This document shows positions 48,443 to 61,785 of a stretch of 63,075 bases of DNA, piece by piece; position 1 is the stretch's first letter; each line of letters opens with the position of its first letter. The translations under genes were made by a program, and so were the position numbers. This DNA is from Anthoceros angustus. Lineage: Eukaryota; Plantae; Anthocerotophyta. The stretch is from positions 3,543,897 to 3,606,971 of the forward strand of contig MU008158.1 in the NCBI GenBank assembly GCA_010909165.1, written 5' to 3'. Under the pieces are notes generated by a model, which was not told the origin of the DNA, ran no database searches, and saw only the letters and a list, made by a program, of their open reading frames with translations.

Positions 48443-49239
48443 TGCAGCATGGAACAAGTGGATGGGTACCTGGCGGGAAGTGGAAGACCATGCCATGACT
48501 GGCACCCCTGGTTGCAGCAACTGTAGATTAGAACTATGTAGAAAACGGCAGGCTTCTCTTGGGTGGGACACGCAAATGTTGAGTCATCTCTGCGGTCTGA
48601 AGCGGTCATTTTTCTGCCCACACCTCAAGCATGGCTTAGACAGCACTAAGAGCTTTTTGTTGCTCGCTAATCTTTTTCAAGTTTCCCAAGCTTCTTTAGA
48701 GTGCCGGGCCTGGTCTGGTCCGGTCTATATTATATCAGTTTTTATAAAATTAAAATAGTATAAATACGGTTATCATATTTAGGATAATTTATATAGTTTA
48801 TATATGAATTATATAGCTAATTTAAACAAAAATCACATGAGATGTATAAGAGAAAAATACGTAATATCTGTGAAAGCAAAAAATTCATATCAACAACTAC
48901 ACTATATGTTCAATCTTTTGGCACATATATAACATATGTGTTGTTGAGGGCATTCACGTAAGAAAAATGCATTAGGACTTTGTATTTCTTTCTTGCTTTA
49001 TCAATTTCTTCCTTTGATGCATCTGTCCTTTCCAGGAGTTTCTCCCATTCTAATTGTACCTCGCTGCCGTCCTTTGTAAACCATAGAGGGAGTTCCCCAT
49101 GGTTGGACTGTTCTCCCGACCCAGATGATGAACTCCTTTTCATGGCCACCCTGAAAGCTTGCTATAGTTCGGCTGCATCGTGAGCCTCCCTAGAAAGTTG
49201 ATACGCCTTAGTATGTGTGGTAAGCATTTTTCTATGTCC

Positions 49240-50802
49240 ACCAGTAATCTCCCCATCAGCGGGCGTCTTGGGGCCCTCTCCGTTCTCTGGTTTGCTATAG
49301 CCCCTTTCCTTGGTTGCTTTATGCCTGTCAGGATTGTGGCAGGAAAATCCCGGGGCTCCGAGATTCACCCTCTAGTGGCCACACTTATCCCACTGTCGTT
49401 TCGTACATTGGGTTTTGTCCCACGAGATCTCCGATTGTCAATCATGCGAAGGGGGGTCATGCCACACACTTACTCATCTCAAATCAGCCTCTCCTGCAAA
49501 CAAGGCATTCTCTCACTCTTCCTCAAACAACATCCACACCTCCGTGTGCTACTCTGAAAATTAGTCCATCTTCGGCCTACAATGACACTGTATGTCCGTC
49601 GGCCCTACCCCTGCGAAGATAGGTCCACCGTTGGCGACCAGGGACCCCCTAGACCGCGGCGCGGTTTCACTATCTCTGCAGGATCTGGCTACCCTTACTA
49701 GATCTGAATCTTGCTGCAGATTTGGGACCCCTCCCTTAGGCTCTGCCTTGGGCCTTTTACTACTTCCTACACTCTATTCCTCTTCCCAACATCCTCCTCA
49801 TCATCAACGCTCAACTCAACTCAACTCATCATCCTCCTACTCTAAACTCACTTCAAGCACTGGTCCCAGCTCGCTGTTACGACACAACTGCCTGGGGTCC
49901 ACCTACAAGCCAACAAGTTCTTCCTTGGGCTACCAGCCCCGTGCCTGGAGCGTCTTCACATGCCCCTACTGTGCCTTCAAATCTCTAGAGCCCAATCTCC
50001 TAGCAACGCCTGCGGCGCGCCGATCCACAAGAGTGCAAAAAGCTCCTACCTAGCTTGAGTCCTACCACACTCACTTGGGGCGCACAACCTCTGAGCAAGG
50101 TAGCTCCTCCTCACGAGGCGCATCTTGCATGCTCCCTTGCCTGTTTCCACAGTAACTGTTCCTGATCTGGTGCCCGTTCCTATACCACTCATGTTAGATT
50201 CCCACAACAATAATAATTCCTTAATTGGCCAATTACCTACTTTAGAAACTAATTCAAGTTTAGATGTTAATCCACTAGCTTCCGTCAATGCCTCATTAGT
50301 TCAAGCCTATATAGCAGCTACTGATCTTATTGAACCTGCTACACGTGAAGAAGATTTGTCTAGACCTGACAAGGAAAAATGGGAGGCTATTATTTTATAA
50401 TAAAATAACTTAATAGAGAATAACACTTGGGAATTAGTTAAGCTTCCTTATGGTAGGAAACCAATTCAATGTAAATGGGTCTTTCGTGCCAAGTTGAAAG
50501 CTGATGGTAGTGTAGAACGCTACAAGGCACGTTTGTGTGCCAAGGGGTATAGCCAAGTACCAAGAGTTGATTATCATGAAACTTTTTTCCCATTAGTTAA
50601 TTTTCAAACTATTAGGTACTTGCTAGCACTAGCTGTTGAGTTAGATTTAGATTTACAGCAAATGGATGTTACCAATGCTTTTCTATATAGGAAATTAGAA
50701 GAACTCATTTATATGGATCAACCGGAAGGGTTTATAGATCCTAAAACTAGAGATTTAGTTTGTAGACTTTTCAAATGTATTTATGGACTCAAGCAATCTC
50801 CT
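49240..50802 (+). mobile_element. Ty1/copia fragment (decayed integrase end, linker, RT N-half)
   Basis: NNTWELVKLPYGRKPIQCKWVFRAKLKADGSVERYKARLCAKGYSQ...QMDVTNAFL...IYGLKQSP at about 50420-50802. The upstream boundary is approximate. Confidence 0.85.
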
Positions 50803-51989
50803 TTGAAGGGAAAAGAAGACTTTATTATAAAAAAGAGATGGGAAAAACCCATCCACCCCAAAAACAAAGAGGGAAAAACCCAACAAAGGGCACCATGCCA
50901 GTGGGACTAGCCCCCACGAACATGCATTTCAAAACTACCAACCGCCCGAAGAACTTCGTGGTCAGGGATGTGAAAAGGCCTACTTACCACCAGTGTCGAA
51001 GAAGCTGCATCCCCGCGCTCGCTATCGTTCTGTACACTGGGTTGGTGACCATGGTTTATGTGGGGATTGGTTTGCCCGCTTCTGACAGGAAGGGGGCGTA
51101 CGCACACATTTATGTACACAAGCCACATTCATGCGCCCGCACGCCACCCCCGATGAAGCAGGCGGACTGTGGACCGTGGATGCCCCTTTATGGATGCCAC
51201 ACATCACCTTTTGATTTCCCCCTGGGGTGTTCGGCTTCTCGACAAATGTCATTTCGGCATAGGGTATTATCAGCCTGCCACCTATTTTTCGCCCATCCGT
51301 ATACCTGCCGTATTTATCGTGAAAACATCTTGACGTATTTGTATGTATGAGGATTGTATGTATTGTTGCATATTTGGCATACGCCATCAAGAATAAAAGC
51401 ATTAATTCTACAGCATCCCCTTGGGCACACTCTTCAAGCTCCACCTTAGCTTTAAAGGGTCCCTTGCCTACTAGCATCACCTTAGCAAGCCTAGTATCTC
51501 CACAGCAGGCCTAGCACACTAAACCTAATACGGCCTAACATCGCCTAACACACTTAGCACATTAGCACGACTAACTAGCACTCTAAGCCTTGTGTGGCCT
51601 AGCTTCGCCTAACTTGCCTAGCAAGCTTATCAATCCTAGCATGCTTATCGAGCGTACATAAGAGAACATAGCTTGTAACAATAGGAGAGAGTAGCTCGCA
51701 CGTCATGGCATGAACACACTCTCTTCACAAAAATGACACGCAAATTCCTCACACATTGCTCTCGGAGTCATAGCTTTCGCCTCCTCACAACATTCTTGCA
51801 TTGCATATCTAAAAGACAAGCTATGATACGAACTTGTCTTCTGTAAAAAGGTTTATATATACTAGCCATTGGCATTGGCATATGTCTAGGATATATCCTA
51901 TTGGCATCAGAATATGCCAAAAATACCTTAAGAATACACTATAATATGCAAGCAATATGCTAAAGCATATGACTTGTGCTTATCCACTT

Positions 51990-54246
51990 AGCTATTGCTA
52001 ATACACTAAGTGTAAGGTCCTCCGTGAAGAGAGTGTCAAGCATGGTTGCCAAGCAAATTTTAGGGTGAAAAACTTCTCGTGGTCTATGGTTCTTTGAGAT
52101 TGCTCTTTTGAACATAGACATACTGACCTTTCAAATGCTATATGTCATGGGCTTGGGTACGAAGGCTTACCCCATGATGTCAGAGCAGCATGCCTTTCAC
52201 TGGAAAAGAAGGATTGGATCAGGCATTGCCTATATTGCAAAGTTCATGTTGATGAAATAATGGGTCGGCATCAAGATGCATTGTATGCTTGAATCAACAA
52301 TCAGACAGAGGTATATGAGCTAGTAAGAGATGATTATTTGCAAAGATATGATGTTCTCAATATACTTACACAAGTTGAAGTTGATGAATGGAAGCTAGCC
52401 CCGGATGATGCCACATCAGTGTCACTGTGGTTGGAGCAAAATGCGTCTATAGTCTTCCACTAATCAAGCGAGAATCATCCTTTCGCTTTGGGTATTCAAA
52501 CTCCTTTTATGTTAAATTGCATGTTGCTTTATGGGAATGGTAATGTGCTAGCTATGGATGCAACTTTTGGGTTGAACAGGTATCGCTACCACTTATTCAC
52601 TGTGATGGGTTTTGACCATTACTTGAACGGTGTTCCAGTAGCATGGGCTATTACAAAAGATGCTACTATTGAGTCACTTGTCAGGTGGCTTTCAGCTTTA
52701 CGGAAGAAGGTTGAAAAGATCAACAAGGATTGGACACCTAGTTCATTCCTTGTTGATGATTGTCAGGCAGAGATTTCTGCTATTCGCTCAGTGTGGAATC
52801 ATAATATGCCTATATTATTATGCTTGTGGCATGTGCGGAAAGCGTGGAGACGGAATTTATTGAAGAAAGTGCACTCACAAAGTAATCGAATTTCAATATG
52901 GGCAGAGCTAAGGGATAGCACAGGGGCAAGCACATCTTCAGAGTGTGTTTCCATAGGAAGAAGTATGCTACACAATTTTTATGACAAGTGGGGATCAAGT
53001 AAAGGAGACTTTGTGAGATATATGAAGGTCCAATGGGGAGAGACTATAGATATGTGGTTGTGTAATGCTAGAATGTTGCCTCATGCAAGCCAACATACAA
53101 CTTCAATTGTGGAAGGATTCCATAGATTTATAAAAGAACGCAGATTTACGCTATTCGCTCGATGTGGAATCATAATATGCCTATATTATTATGCTTGTGG
53201 CATGTCGGAAAGCGTGGCGAATTTATTGAAGAAAGTGCACTCACAAAGTAATCGAATTTCAATATGGGCGAGCTAGGATATTATGATATCGAGGCAAGCA
53301 CATCTTCACGTGTGTTTCCATAGGAAGAAGTATGCTACACAATTTTTATGACAAGTGGGGATCAAGTAAAGGAGACTTTGTGAGATATATGAAGGTCCAA
53401 TGGGGAGAGACTATAGATATGTGGTTGTGTAATGCTAGAATGTTGCCTCATGCAAGCCAACATACAACTTCAATTGTGGAAGGATTCCATAGATTTATAA
53501 AAGAGCGTGCAGCATTTAGCAAGTCAAGTTTGCCTGGCCGTAGACTAGACTGGTTACTACACCAATTAGTAGTGAATGTGGTTGCCCGATATTATTGGTA
53601 CCAGCACTTCACAAAAGAAGGGGAATACAAGCATAACAAGAAGCTAGAGGCTTTGGAGGAAACAACTATGAAGGGTGCAAAAACTATTTCTATTAGCTCA
53701 GTTATTTTACCGCATGCCAAAAATGTTGCTGCACATTGTTTGTCTTCATCGACCCCTAATTTGTGGTATATGATTGAACATGTTTACTCTCCTTGGGCTA
53801 CATGCTCATGTCCAATGGGGAACAAAGGTTTCATCTGCAAGCATGTGGTGAAAGTTCAACAACTCCTTGGCATACACAAGGATGGTGCAGTGACTAGGCA
53901 AAATGGAAGAACAAATGGGCGTATGTTGAAAGTAGTGATACCAACAACTTGGCTATGGCTTTTGGATGCAGATCAAGAAGCTCCACACATTGTGTTGCCT
54001 AGTAACCCTATGGTGGCACCAATATGTAAGACACGATTGGAGATGGCAAAAGGAAAACGGTTGGATTTTATTAAAACGGCATGTGCTGAAGTATGTGATA
54101 CCGCATTTGAGCGTTCAGATTTAGCTTTTGGGATAGTTTGCATTATGGAGCAAACTCAATGTGCGAGATGCTTAGTGGCACAGAAAGAACCTCAACGAAA
54201 CAAGTGTTGGAAACTTTTGCTGAGAATGAGGGCACGAACAGACTAA
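51990..54246 (+). mobile_element. MULE (Mutator-like) transposase pseudogene with SWIM zinc finger and an internal tandem duplication of about 370 bp
   Basis: VLAMDATFGLNRYRYHLFTVMGFD, FLVDDCQAE and LLCLWHVRKAW (MULE DDE core); CSCPMGNKGFICKHV (SWIM). There are stops upstream. 52771-53137 is repeated at 53142-53504. Confidence 0.9.
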
Positions 54247-54589
54247 AACGATATGTTGGTTTGGAGGAAGTTGTGTGTAAGAAGAAAAAGACGGTGAGGT
54301 GGAACATAGGCAGTTGATAAAGGGTGGATTGAATGATGAGCTGAATAGGCTTCTAGTTTTAGAAGCTGACCAATCCATTTTTGTAGGGTGCTGAGAGGAG
54401 ATAGCAGATAGCACTCAGTTTTGATCGGGTCAATTACGCTGCTTTCGTCTTAGAAGGTCAGAATCCACTCTTCTGGTTTTAGAAGGTGAGAATTTGGCTC
54501 AATGCCACTAGCATGCATTATGTACAAGAACTCCTCCAAACCCGGTGAGGAAACTTAAGCACTAAAGCTGTAAGAGGTGCCCATTCCTA

Positions 54590-55345
54590 CCACCACCGAT
54601 CATGTCGATCGAACATGCTTCCGCCGCAGCCGCCACCTTCTCGGGACCGAACCCAGAGTTGCACATGTTTGTGAAGGATCGCATGTGCTTCATGCCATAC
54701 TGGGTCAGCGAGCCACACTCACTCTCGTAAGCCCGCACATGCATTCATGCATCCAGACATCCAGATTAACCTCAAATCTTTGTGAAAGAGAAAACGAAAC
54801 ATTACGAAGACAAGCTCCAGCTGCTGCCCACTTACCATGGCCTTGAGGCACTGCCAAGTCGTCGACAAGAGGCAAGGCCGGCTTCCGTCTGCCAACATTT
54901 CAGCCCCCACTCGGACCAAGAGCGCTTCCCCATCAAGTTGACATCGGAGTCGATGTGTGCATGCTCGAGACATTATTCTTGCCATGTCCCGAGCGCCCAC
55001 TTTGTTCGTCGACCCTTCCGGTGAATGCTTGTCTTTGGAAAATCGATCGCAAAGGGACAAGGAAGAGAAGGATCGATGTCGACATGCAAAACCAGTTACC
55101 CTCGTCCCTTCCAAAGTTCACTGCAAATCCATATGAAGAGTAATGATGCTTGTACCTTGTGCCAATAGTGCAAATCGGCATGACGTTGATTCACGATGAC
55201 TCCCAGTGATTGTTCCTAAATGCCCATGTGCGACAAGTTAGGCCTGCTGACGTTCGCATTCAGAGGGTCATAGCCTAAGAAGAGAGAGAATTTGTTGCGT
55301 ATTGCATCACATGTGAGCCAGATCTGTAAGTGTTGTAATTTGAAA
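54590..55345 (-). pseudogene. VPE: Vacuolar processing enzyme (legumain, peptidase C13) 3' pseudogene with introns
   Basis: Collinear pieces on the minus strand: SNYNTYRSGSHVMQY, LFLGYDPLNAN, VNQRHADLHYWHK|GT intron, KHSPEGSTNK, WQCLKAM|GTAAGT intron, [29 protein letters not shown] possible further exon end (DQYLI|GTGAGT) lies at about 56631-56645. Confidence 0.85.
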
Positions 55346-55349
55346 GGAT

Positions 55350-56510
55350 GAACGGAAGGAAGAGAGCGCTGGAGGAGGAGCAGAGGCTGCTCGTCCGGTT
55401 GCGGGAAGCAGAGGCTGCTCGTCCGGTTGCGGGAAGCAGAGGGTGAGCTCAGCTCCATGGCCAGCAAACTGGCGGAGCTAGAACAACGAAGGGAGGAGAA
55501 GAACGTCGAGCAGCAGCGAAGGCTGCAGGAGGTGTCGGAGGCCGCCTTGGTGGCATCGAGGGAGTTCGCCCGGCTGCAGTTGGTAAGCCTGGCAACGGAG
55601 AAGGGCCAGCAGGCTGGACAACATGCCCAGCTGCCGGAGCACCTCTGGCGGAGGGAATACCGGGTGCTCCGGGCCCATGTGGAGGAGGCAATTCAACAAG
55701 TCGATTCCGACTTTGCCTACTACCTCCAGAGCTCCTCAAGGCTCTGGAGGTCTTGCGCCACCCTAGGCAGGTGGGCGGACTTCCAGAAGGGTCGGAAGGA
55801 GGAGCGAGGGAGGAAGGACCCGGGGCAAGACCATGGGGACCCTAGGAGTTTTTGGACAACAGCAGCGGCGGTGAGGAAACGGAGGAGCGAGGGAGGAAGG
55901 ACCCGGAGGTGGCACTCTGCACCTCCGCACAGAAGGAAGGGGGGAGGGCCCTGGGGAGGCCGTGGAAGGGGCGCAACCGGGAACCACGGGAAGGCTCAGT
56001 GGGTGAGCCCGTGATAAGCCCGGCGAGGAGGCAAAACCAGGAGCCCGTGAATCCGGACTTTGTTCGGACTCCTGAAGAAAGGCCGGACTCCGAAGTCCGG
56101 CCCCCTGAAGGAGGTCTGGCCTTAGAGGTCCAGACTCTAGTGACGAGACCGGACCCTGAGGTCCGGACTCCGGGGGAAGGGTTGGGGCCAGAAGACCGGA
56201 CCCCAGAGGCAAGTCCGGACCCTGAGGTCCGAACTCCAGAAAGAAGGCCAGACCCTGAGGTCCGAACTCCAGAAAGAAGGCCGGACCACGAGGTCCGGAC
56301 TCGAGGAGGAAGGCCGGACCTAGAGGTCCGGACTCCGGGGGAAGGGTTGGGGCCAGAAGACCGGACCCCAGAGGCAAGTCCGGACCCTGAGGTCCGAACT
56401 CCAGAAAGAAGGCCAGACCCTGAGGTCCGAACTCCAGAAAGAAGGCCGGACACAGAGGATCGGACCCCAGAGGGAAGGCCGGACCTAGAGGTCTGGACTC
56501 CGGAGTCGAG
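55350..56510 (+). mobile_element. Copy of the 7130-7830 GC-rich element with an expanded 33-bp tandem array
   Basis: Shares AGCTCCATGGC, GAGGCAATTCAACA and GAGCTCCTCAAGGCTCT with 7132-7400. About 56050-56505 is an array with consensus CCGGACCCTGAGGTCCGAACTCCAGAAAGAAGG (PDPEVRTPERR). Confidence 0.75.
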
Positions 56511-57949
56511 CTGTCAAAGAAGAGGAACACCAACAAGGAGATGAGCACAAATGAGTCCTGCAATTGAAGGAACAATATCGTGTCTCTCAAAACTAACAAG
56601 AGGACGTGAGATGCGAGTTTCTGCACTCACTATGAGGTACTGATCTACATGAGGCTTGAATCCACATGGTCTCTCATATTAGGCGTCGTGTCTCCCCATC
56701 TTCACCGGGCAGCATATTAGGCGTCTTGTCGCATCTGCACCACTTTCTTTTTAGATCGGTTTACCCGCGATGAAAAGTGCATAGCTTTGAAAACCTGATT
56801 TGAAACCTCGACTTCAAACCGACGGGTTTGGAGATCTTTCATCCCGGGTATGGAAAGCCGGGTATGGAAATGCAAGTACAGATAACGGGTGCAAAAACCC
56901 GAGTATGCGACGGGAACCACAAACTGATGTTGTTATGTCGTGTATGTCGATATGAAGCCACGGTACATCGGGTTGCGCGGTACATCGGGTTGCGCGTCCG
57001 CACGGGTCTGCTGACCGTATTTGCCTTCATGGCCATCGGGTATCGATGGGAAAGCGGCTCAGATGGCCCGCGGATACGGATAGGGTACTTCCAGTCCTCA
57101 TTTCTCTGTTTTCTGGTAGCCTGGCAAGCTCTGGGGAACGCCATGGTCATGTTGCAGCCATTTCACTCAAGGATGTGAACGAGGAATGCATTCTTCCGCC
57201 TGGCAGGCACAAGCACCCTCAAGTACTCCTGCTTCGAAGTGTCCACTGTGTAATACTTGAGAGACACCTCCACTTTCGGAGGATTCTCAAGCAAGTTGGC
57301 TGAAGGGTAGCTACCTTGGTGTCATGGCGGCAAAAAAGAGAAAAATGTTCCTCTCCCGGGAACTACCATTTACATCCTATCCATCTCCTTCTCATAATCC
57401 AGATTCTGCAACCTCTCTGCCTCAGCCGCAACCAGGCACTTATGGTTCGGAGATTGAAACTCTTGTCCACCCACCTCCCCTGCGTGCCAACCACATGAGG
57501 CCGCTCCGCCAGAGCGGGAGCCTGCCCAAGTGATGCGCCATCCAGCTCGAATTGCTTGTGAGCATGAGCTGGGGGTCTTCCTTTCGGCTCCGAAGATCCA
57601 GGAAGTTGATAGATATAGCAATGCAATTTGAAGTTGTGGGTTGTTTGAACCATGTGATGTACGTTTTCCTTCGGCTGGTTTGTTGCTTTAAGTTTGTTTC
57701 CTTTGGCAAAGGTGAACGTCATCCTGATATGTCTAACTTGATGGTGAGCACTGACCAGCTGGACTTCACAGGTAGACAGCAGGAGGGCAGCTTCCAGCAG
57801 TGCCAGCTGCTGCCGCGGAGAACGTTCCAAGTGGACTACGAGCGGGTGACAGTATTGGTCTTTCCGGGCCAGACATCGCAGCCGTGCTGCTGCTCTCTAC
57901 TTGAGGGCATGAATGTCGTGTTTATTTTTTACGCTTCCCCCACCACGAA

Positions 57950-58250
57950 ATGGGACGCAAAAAATGCAGTCACCGAACGATACTTGAAAGTGGACCCCGC
58001 TGCTTTCTCCGAGCATGAGACGGATCCATGGTGGGCCAAGAACTGGCCCTCACCAATAGCCTCAAGAAACCGGATGTTGCCAACTGCACGGATCCCTTAC
58101 AGACACGATAGCCAATCCTTGGCTTCCCGGGGTGCAATTGTCTGTCCAGCTGCTGCGGCTGCTCTGACCGTCTGTTAGTTCCAGCTGCGTTTCCTCGAAG
58201 CCTGCTGCAAGCTTTTATTAGAACAGTATAGGACTGAACTGTCCAATGAC
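57950..58250 (+). mobile_element. Possible decayed hAT transposase C-terminal dimerization domain
   Basis: TERYLKVDP...TDPWWAKNWP...SLAS resembles the hATC pattern ELxxYL...DPLxWWK...P...PASS. It is heavily degraded. Confidence 0.35.
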
Positions 58251-59342
58251 GTGAAAGACCAAGAACTGGAGCTCCTTGTCAGTCCCACGCACTGTCTGGC
58301 CGGTATGAGGCTTGCAGGCTAGCTCAGACAAAAACATCTATAATAAAGCAAAGCAAATATTCCTTGCCAAAGGCTCTGTCGTACATATGTGTGTGGAGAA
58401 TCCAGAGTGTCCGTACTTGTGTGTGTAGGTCCTGCAGGATACGTCAAGGCAGTTCAAAGTGAAAGGCAGCTTCGTTACAGTTGCAACCTCCGACGGTCAC
58501 CCGGATGGGAAATCTGTGAGCACTCAACACCACCGAGTGTCATGGAATGTGAGCAGCACTGCCTTTTCTTCATCAGCCTCCACCACTCTGTACCCCTCGG
58601 CGACTGGCTGCTGCACACTGGCAATGTTGCCATCAGGAGATCGAATTTCAACTGCGAGACAGAGAAAACGCAAACTGTTGCTCTGGTGAAACCAAATGTA
58701 GAAGTGTATTGTCAACACCGTTCCCGCGGAATGAGGCGCGACTTCACAAGGCCAGACTGGGACTGGGGTGTCGGCGAGAAATCAGGCTGCAACGGCCCAC
58801 TTTTCTCTTGAGCCACTGGTGCAATGGCCCACTTGCGCTCAAGACTCGAGAAAAGCGGCAACAGCATCAGCATCGACTCCCGAGCCTGCGATGCCATGGC
58901 TACGAGAGTCCAAATTCCACTGTGGATATTTTCCTTTTGGTGATTCCGCCTCGGTGAGAAAGCACATTGCACAAACTATGTAACCAGGTTGAAACGTGTG
59001 CATCAAGCGAAATAGTGCTCTTGGTGTATATACAACTATCCCAATCTCGATATTTTCTATCATGAAATTTTGCATTGTGGTTGAAAGCAGCTTTATATAT
59101 ACCTATCTTAAATTGTAATATGATATAGCTATTATTAAATTACTCAATATTAATCTATTATATATATAATTGAAATTTCTCTCAACCGAATGGAAGAACA
59201 GTCCACTAAAGGTGGATTTCGTCAAGGGGCTGAAATATGACAACAATATAGATTGTGGTAAAATAATCTGAATGAATGGTAAAAAAATGTTGCCATGGCA
59301 ACTAATCCAAGGGTTAGTGGCGAGTTGGCTTGAATGTATTGG

Positions 59343-60836
59343 TCAGGGACGGGTTATGTTGTGCAGAGAGGGGACGTCCATGTAATGCTCCAAGGATTCT
59401 GCGGCCGCATCGAAATTGAGCCAAGGGTTTTCAACCTCTTGGAATTCGTACTTGAGCTGCTTATAATCCAAGCATTCCGCTACCGTGACTTTCACAACGT
59501 CCCCGTTCTCATCGTAGAAGTAGAAGAAGGCGTCCAGGAAGTCTGGATCGTCATAGTTCCGCCTTCCTTCCAACCCCTGCAAACATAAGCAATCACGAAG
59601 TCAGTCCATGGCCGGTAATGATCGAATCCAGTGGAGAGCATCCACCCAATGTTTGCTAATATAGGAGTGTTGGGAGCAACGGGCACTGACCAGCCAGACG
59701 TTCCACATTCTGTCCACATTCGCGTGATGTGCGAAGAATGTAGGGTCCCGAACGGCGTGGTAGGCGACGCCCATGTCGGCGAAGGAATGAGCTCTGTCGC
59801 CCATCCAGAAATGCACAGCCGTGTGCGCTTGCGCCTCGAAGGTTGTGAGCCAGGCTTGGAAGGTCTCGTCGCTCTGGCCCTGCCCCGCTCGCACCGGGTA
59901 CGACATGAAGCGGCCGATGTCGCCCTTGGCCGTGCCGTCCACAATGAGGCTGCGCAGGTGCGCGTTGTTGTTGAAGCGAAGGCGGGCTGCGTCCACCGGG
60001 GTGGAGGACGCGAAGCCCGCGCGCACCGAGTCTTTGATTAGATTGACCACCGTGGGAGTGGCCTCCGGGCGATGGCGCACGTCCCGGTAGGGGCTGTACA
60101 GGCCGGGGTAGTTTTTGGGATCCCGGAAGTACTTTGGGAGAGTGTGGGGCAGGTGGTTGAAGTGCGGGCTCTGGTTGTCCCAGTTCCAGAATGGCAGCGC
60201 GAAGGCGTCGTCGCCAACCAGCCTGGCCAGGATCCTCTCGAAGAAGAAGGTGTACCTGGTGATCCAGTTCCAATATCCGTGTGGCATCATGGTCATGGTC
60301 AGGCTGTGCGCAATTGCGATGGGGAAAAGGAGGCAGGAGGCGAGAGCTTACCAGCGGTGGAATGGCAGGAAGTACCAGTTGCCGTGAATCCCGTATGCGA
60401 GATCAGGGCGGCCGGGCTGGTGCACCACCCCGGGCCCGTAGACGCAGTGGAAGTTCATCTGCTGGAAGAGAGACCTCGGGTCGGAACTGGGCAGCGCCTT
60501 CATGATCTGGAACGCCCGGTCCAGCTGCCGGATGTAGGTCTCGTTCTCGGCGATGAGGTGCGCGGCAGGCCGCACCCTGGGCTTGGCGGGGAGCGGGTTC
60601 TGCTCCAAGTACTGCTTCCAGGTCTTGTACTCCGGCTCCGGCTGCCGCATCAATTTGGTGAGCGTGCAGCAGTTGGGCCGCAGATGCGGCCCGCCCTCCA
60701 GGATGGTGAACTCCGGCCGCGGATTGCAGTCCGCGAAATCGGCCTGCAACGGCGCCGCCAGGCCCCCGGCTCCGGCCGACGCCACCAGCAGCAGGAGCAG
60801 CAGGAAACCCGTCATCCAGCCTCCACCCTCGCACAT
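59343..60836 (-). CDS. PPO: Polyphenol oxidase E, secreted short type (427 aa, 3 exons)
   Basis: ATG at 60836 (alternative 60815). Exons 60836-60352, 60255-59691 and 59576-59343; introns of 96 and 114 bp. Signal peptide FLLLLLLVASAGAGGLA; CuA HCVYG...HGNWYFLPFHRW; CuB EAQAHTAVHFW...DPTFFAHHANVDRMW. Confidence 0.95.
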
Positions 60837-61785
60837 CACTCCAGCTGCAAGAGCAACCTTCGCTACAGGGGGTAGCAGGGGGATGGGGATGGGTTCAATT
60901 TCTCCAAGGAGGACGTTTGAAGCTCAACCTACGTGCAATTGGAGCCGTGTCTCCCGTCCCCAAGCCTGTGCAGCGTTTATGTATCCACGAGACTCGGTGG
61001 GCGGTTGGTGACGGGGCAGAGGCGTTTGCCCCGGTGGTGCCAGGAGCGTCGGCCGCTCGGTGCAAGCTGCTGATCCATTGTCGGGCAAACAAGGAGAAGC
61101 CCGCGGCCGGCCACGTGGGGCCCGCCCCAGCTCGTACGAAGGGTGCGCGATTCACCACGGCTCTCACTCGCCCAGGCCCATCTACTCATCTACTCACGAG
61201 CGACCATCCCAAACGTCGCTCGCCCAGTTTTCAATTTCATCGTCTTGCGTGGTCTGCTGTCTGCCATTCGTTTTTACCCCGCGCCAACCTGGTTTTCGGA
61301 CTGAAAGAGAGGGATGGTGGACACTCCACTGCCGTCACCACCCATGGAATGCGTGCACCAGGCCAAACCGGCTTCCCCTGCCCTTTCCCTCCATGCACGG
61401 CATTCGCTTTGCAGGCTGCAAGTGTGTGGAAATTGCCCTAGGCCGCTAGAACGTTCCAGGACCTATCATGTTTCCCATTTGTCATGGGTGCATGTTGTAA
61501 TAGCCAGTAGCGTACGCGTGTGTGCCTTCTGCTGTAGCCAGGGGAAGGGACTAGACACCCAAATATCGACGTGTCTCCGGCAGGACCCTCTCGCAACATA
61601 CATTCGTGACATACATTTCCTTCAGGTGCCGTGGGTGATTTGCAAATCAGGAGCTTTTAGCTCCAACTTGACATGAGTAGTTTGTCTAATGTTTTGGGTG
61701 ATCGGTGGTTGCCATTGATCCGTCGCCACTTGTCTGTATGTTTGATGGGCCGTCCGAAGGTCCCATAGCCCACATCTACATCGTC

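Noticed and set aside
47929-48621. Cys/His-rich metallothionein-like and poly-Ala ORFs
   Set aside because: These are translation artefacts of the hexamer microsatellite.
56050-56505. CRISPR-like regularly spaced repeats
   Set aside because: The units are contiguous with no unique spacers, there are no cas genes, and the context is eukaryotic.
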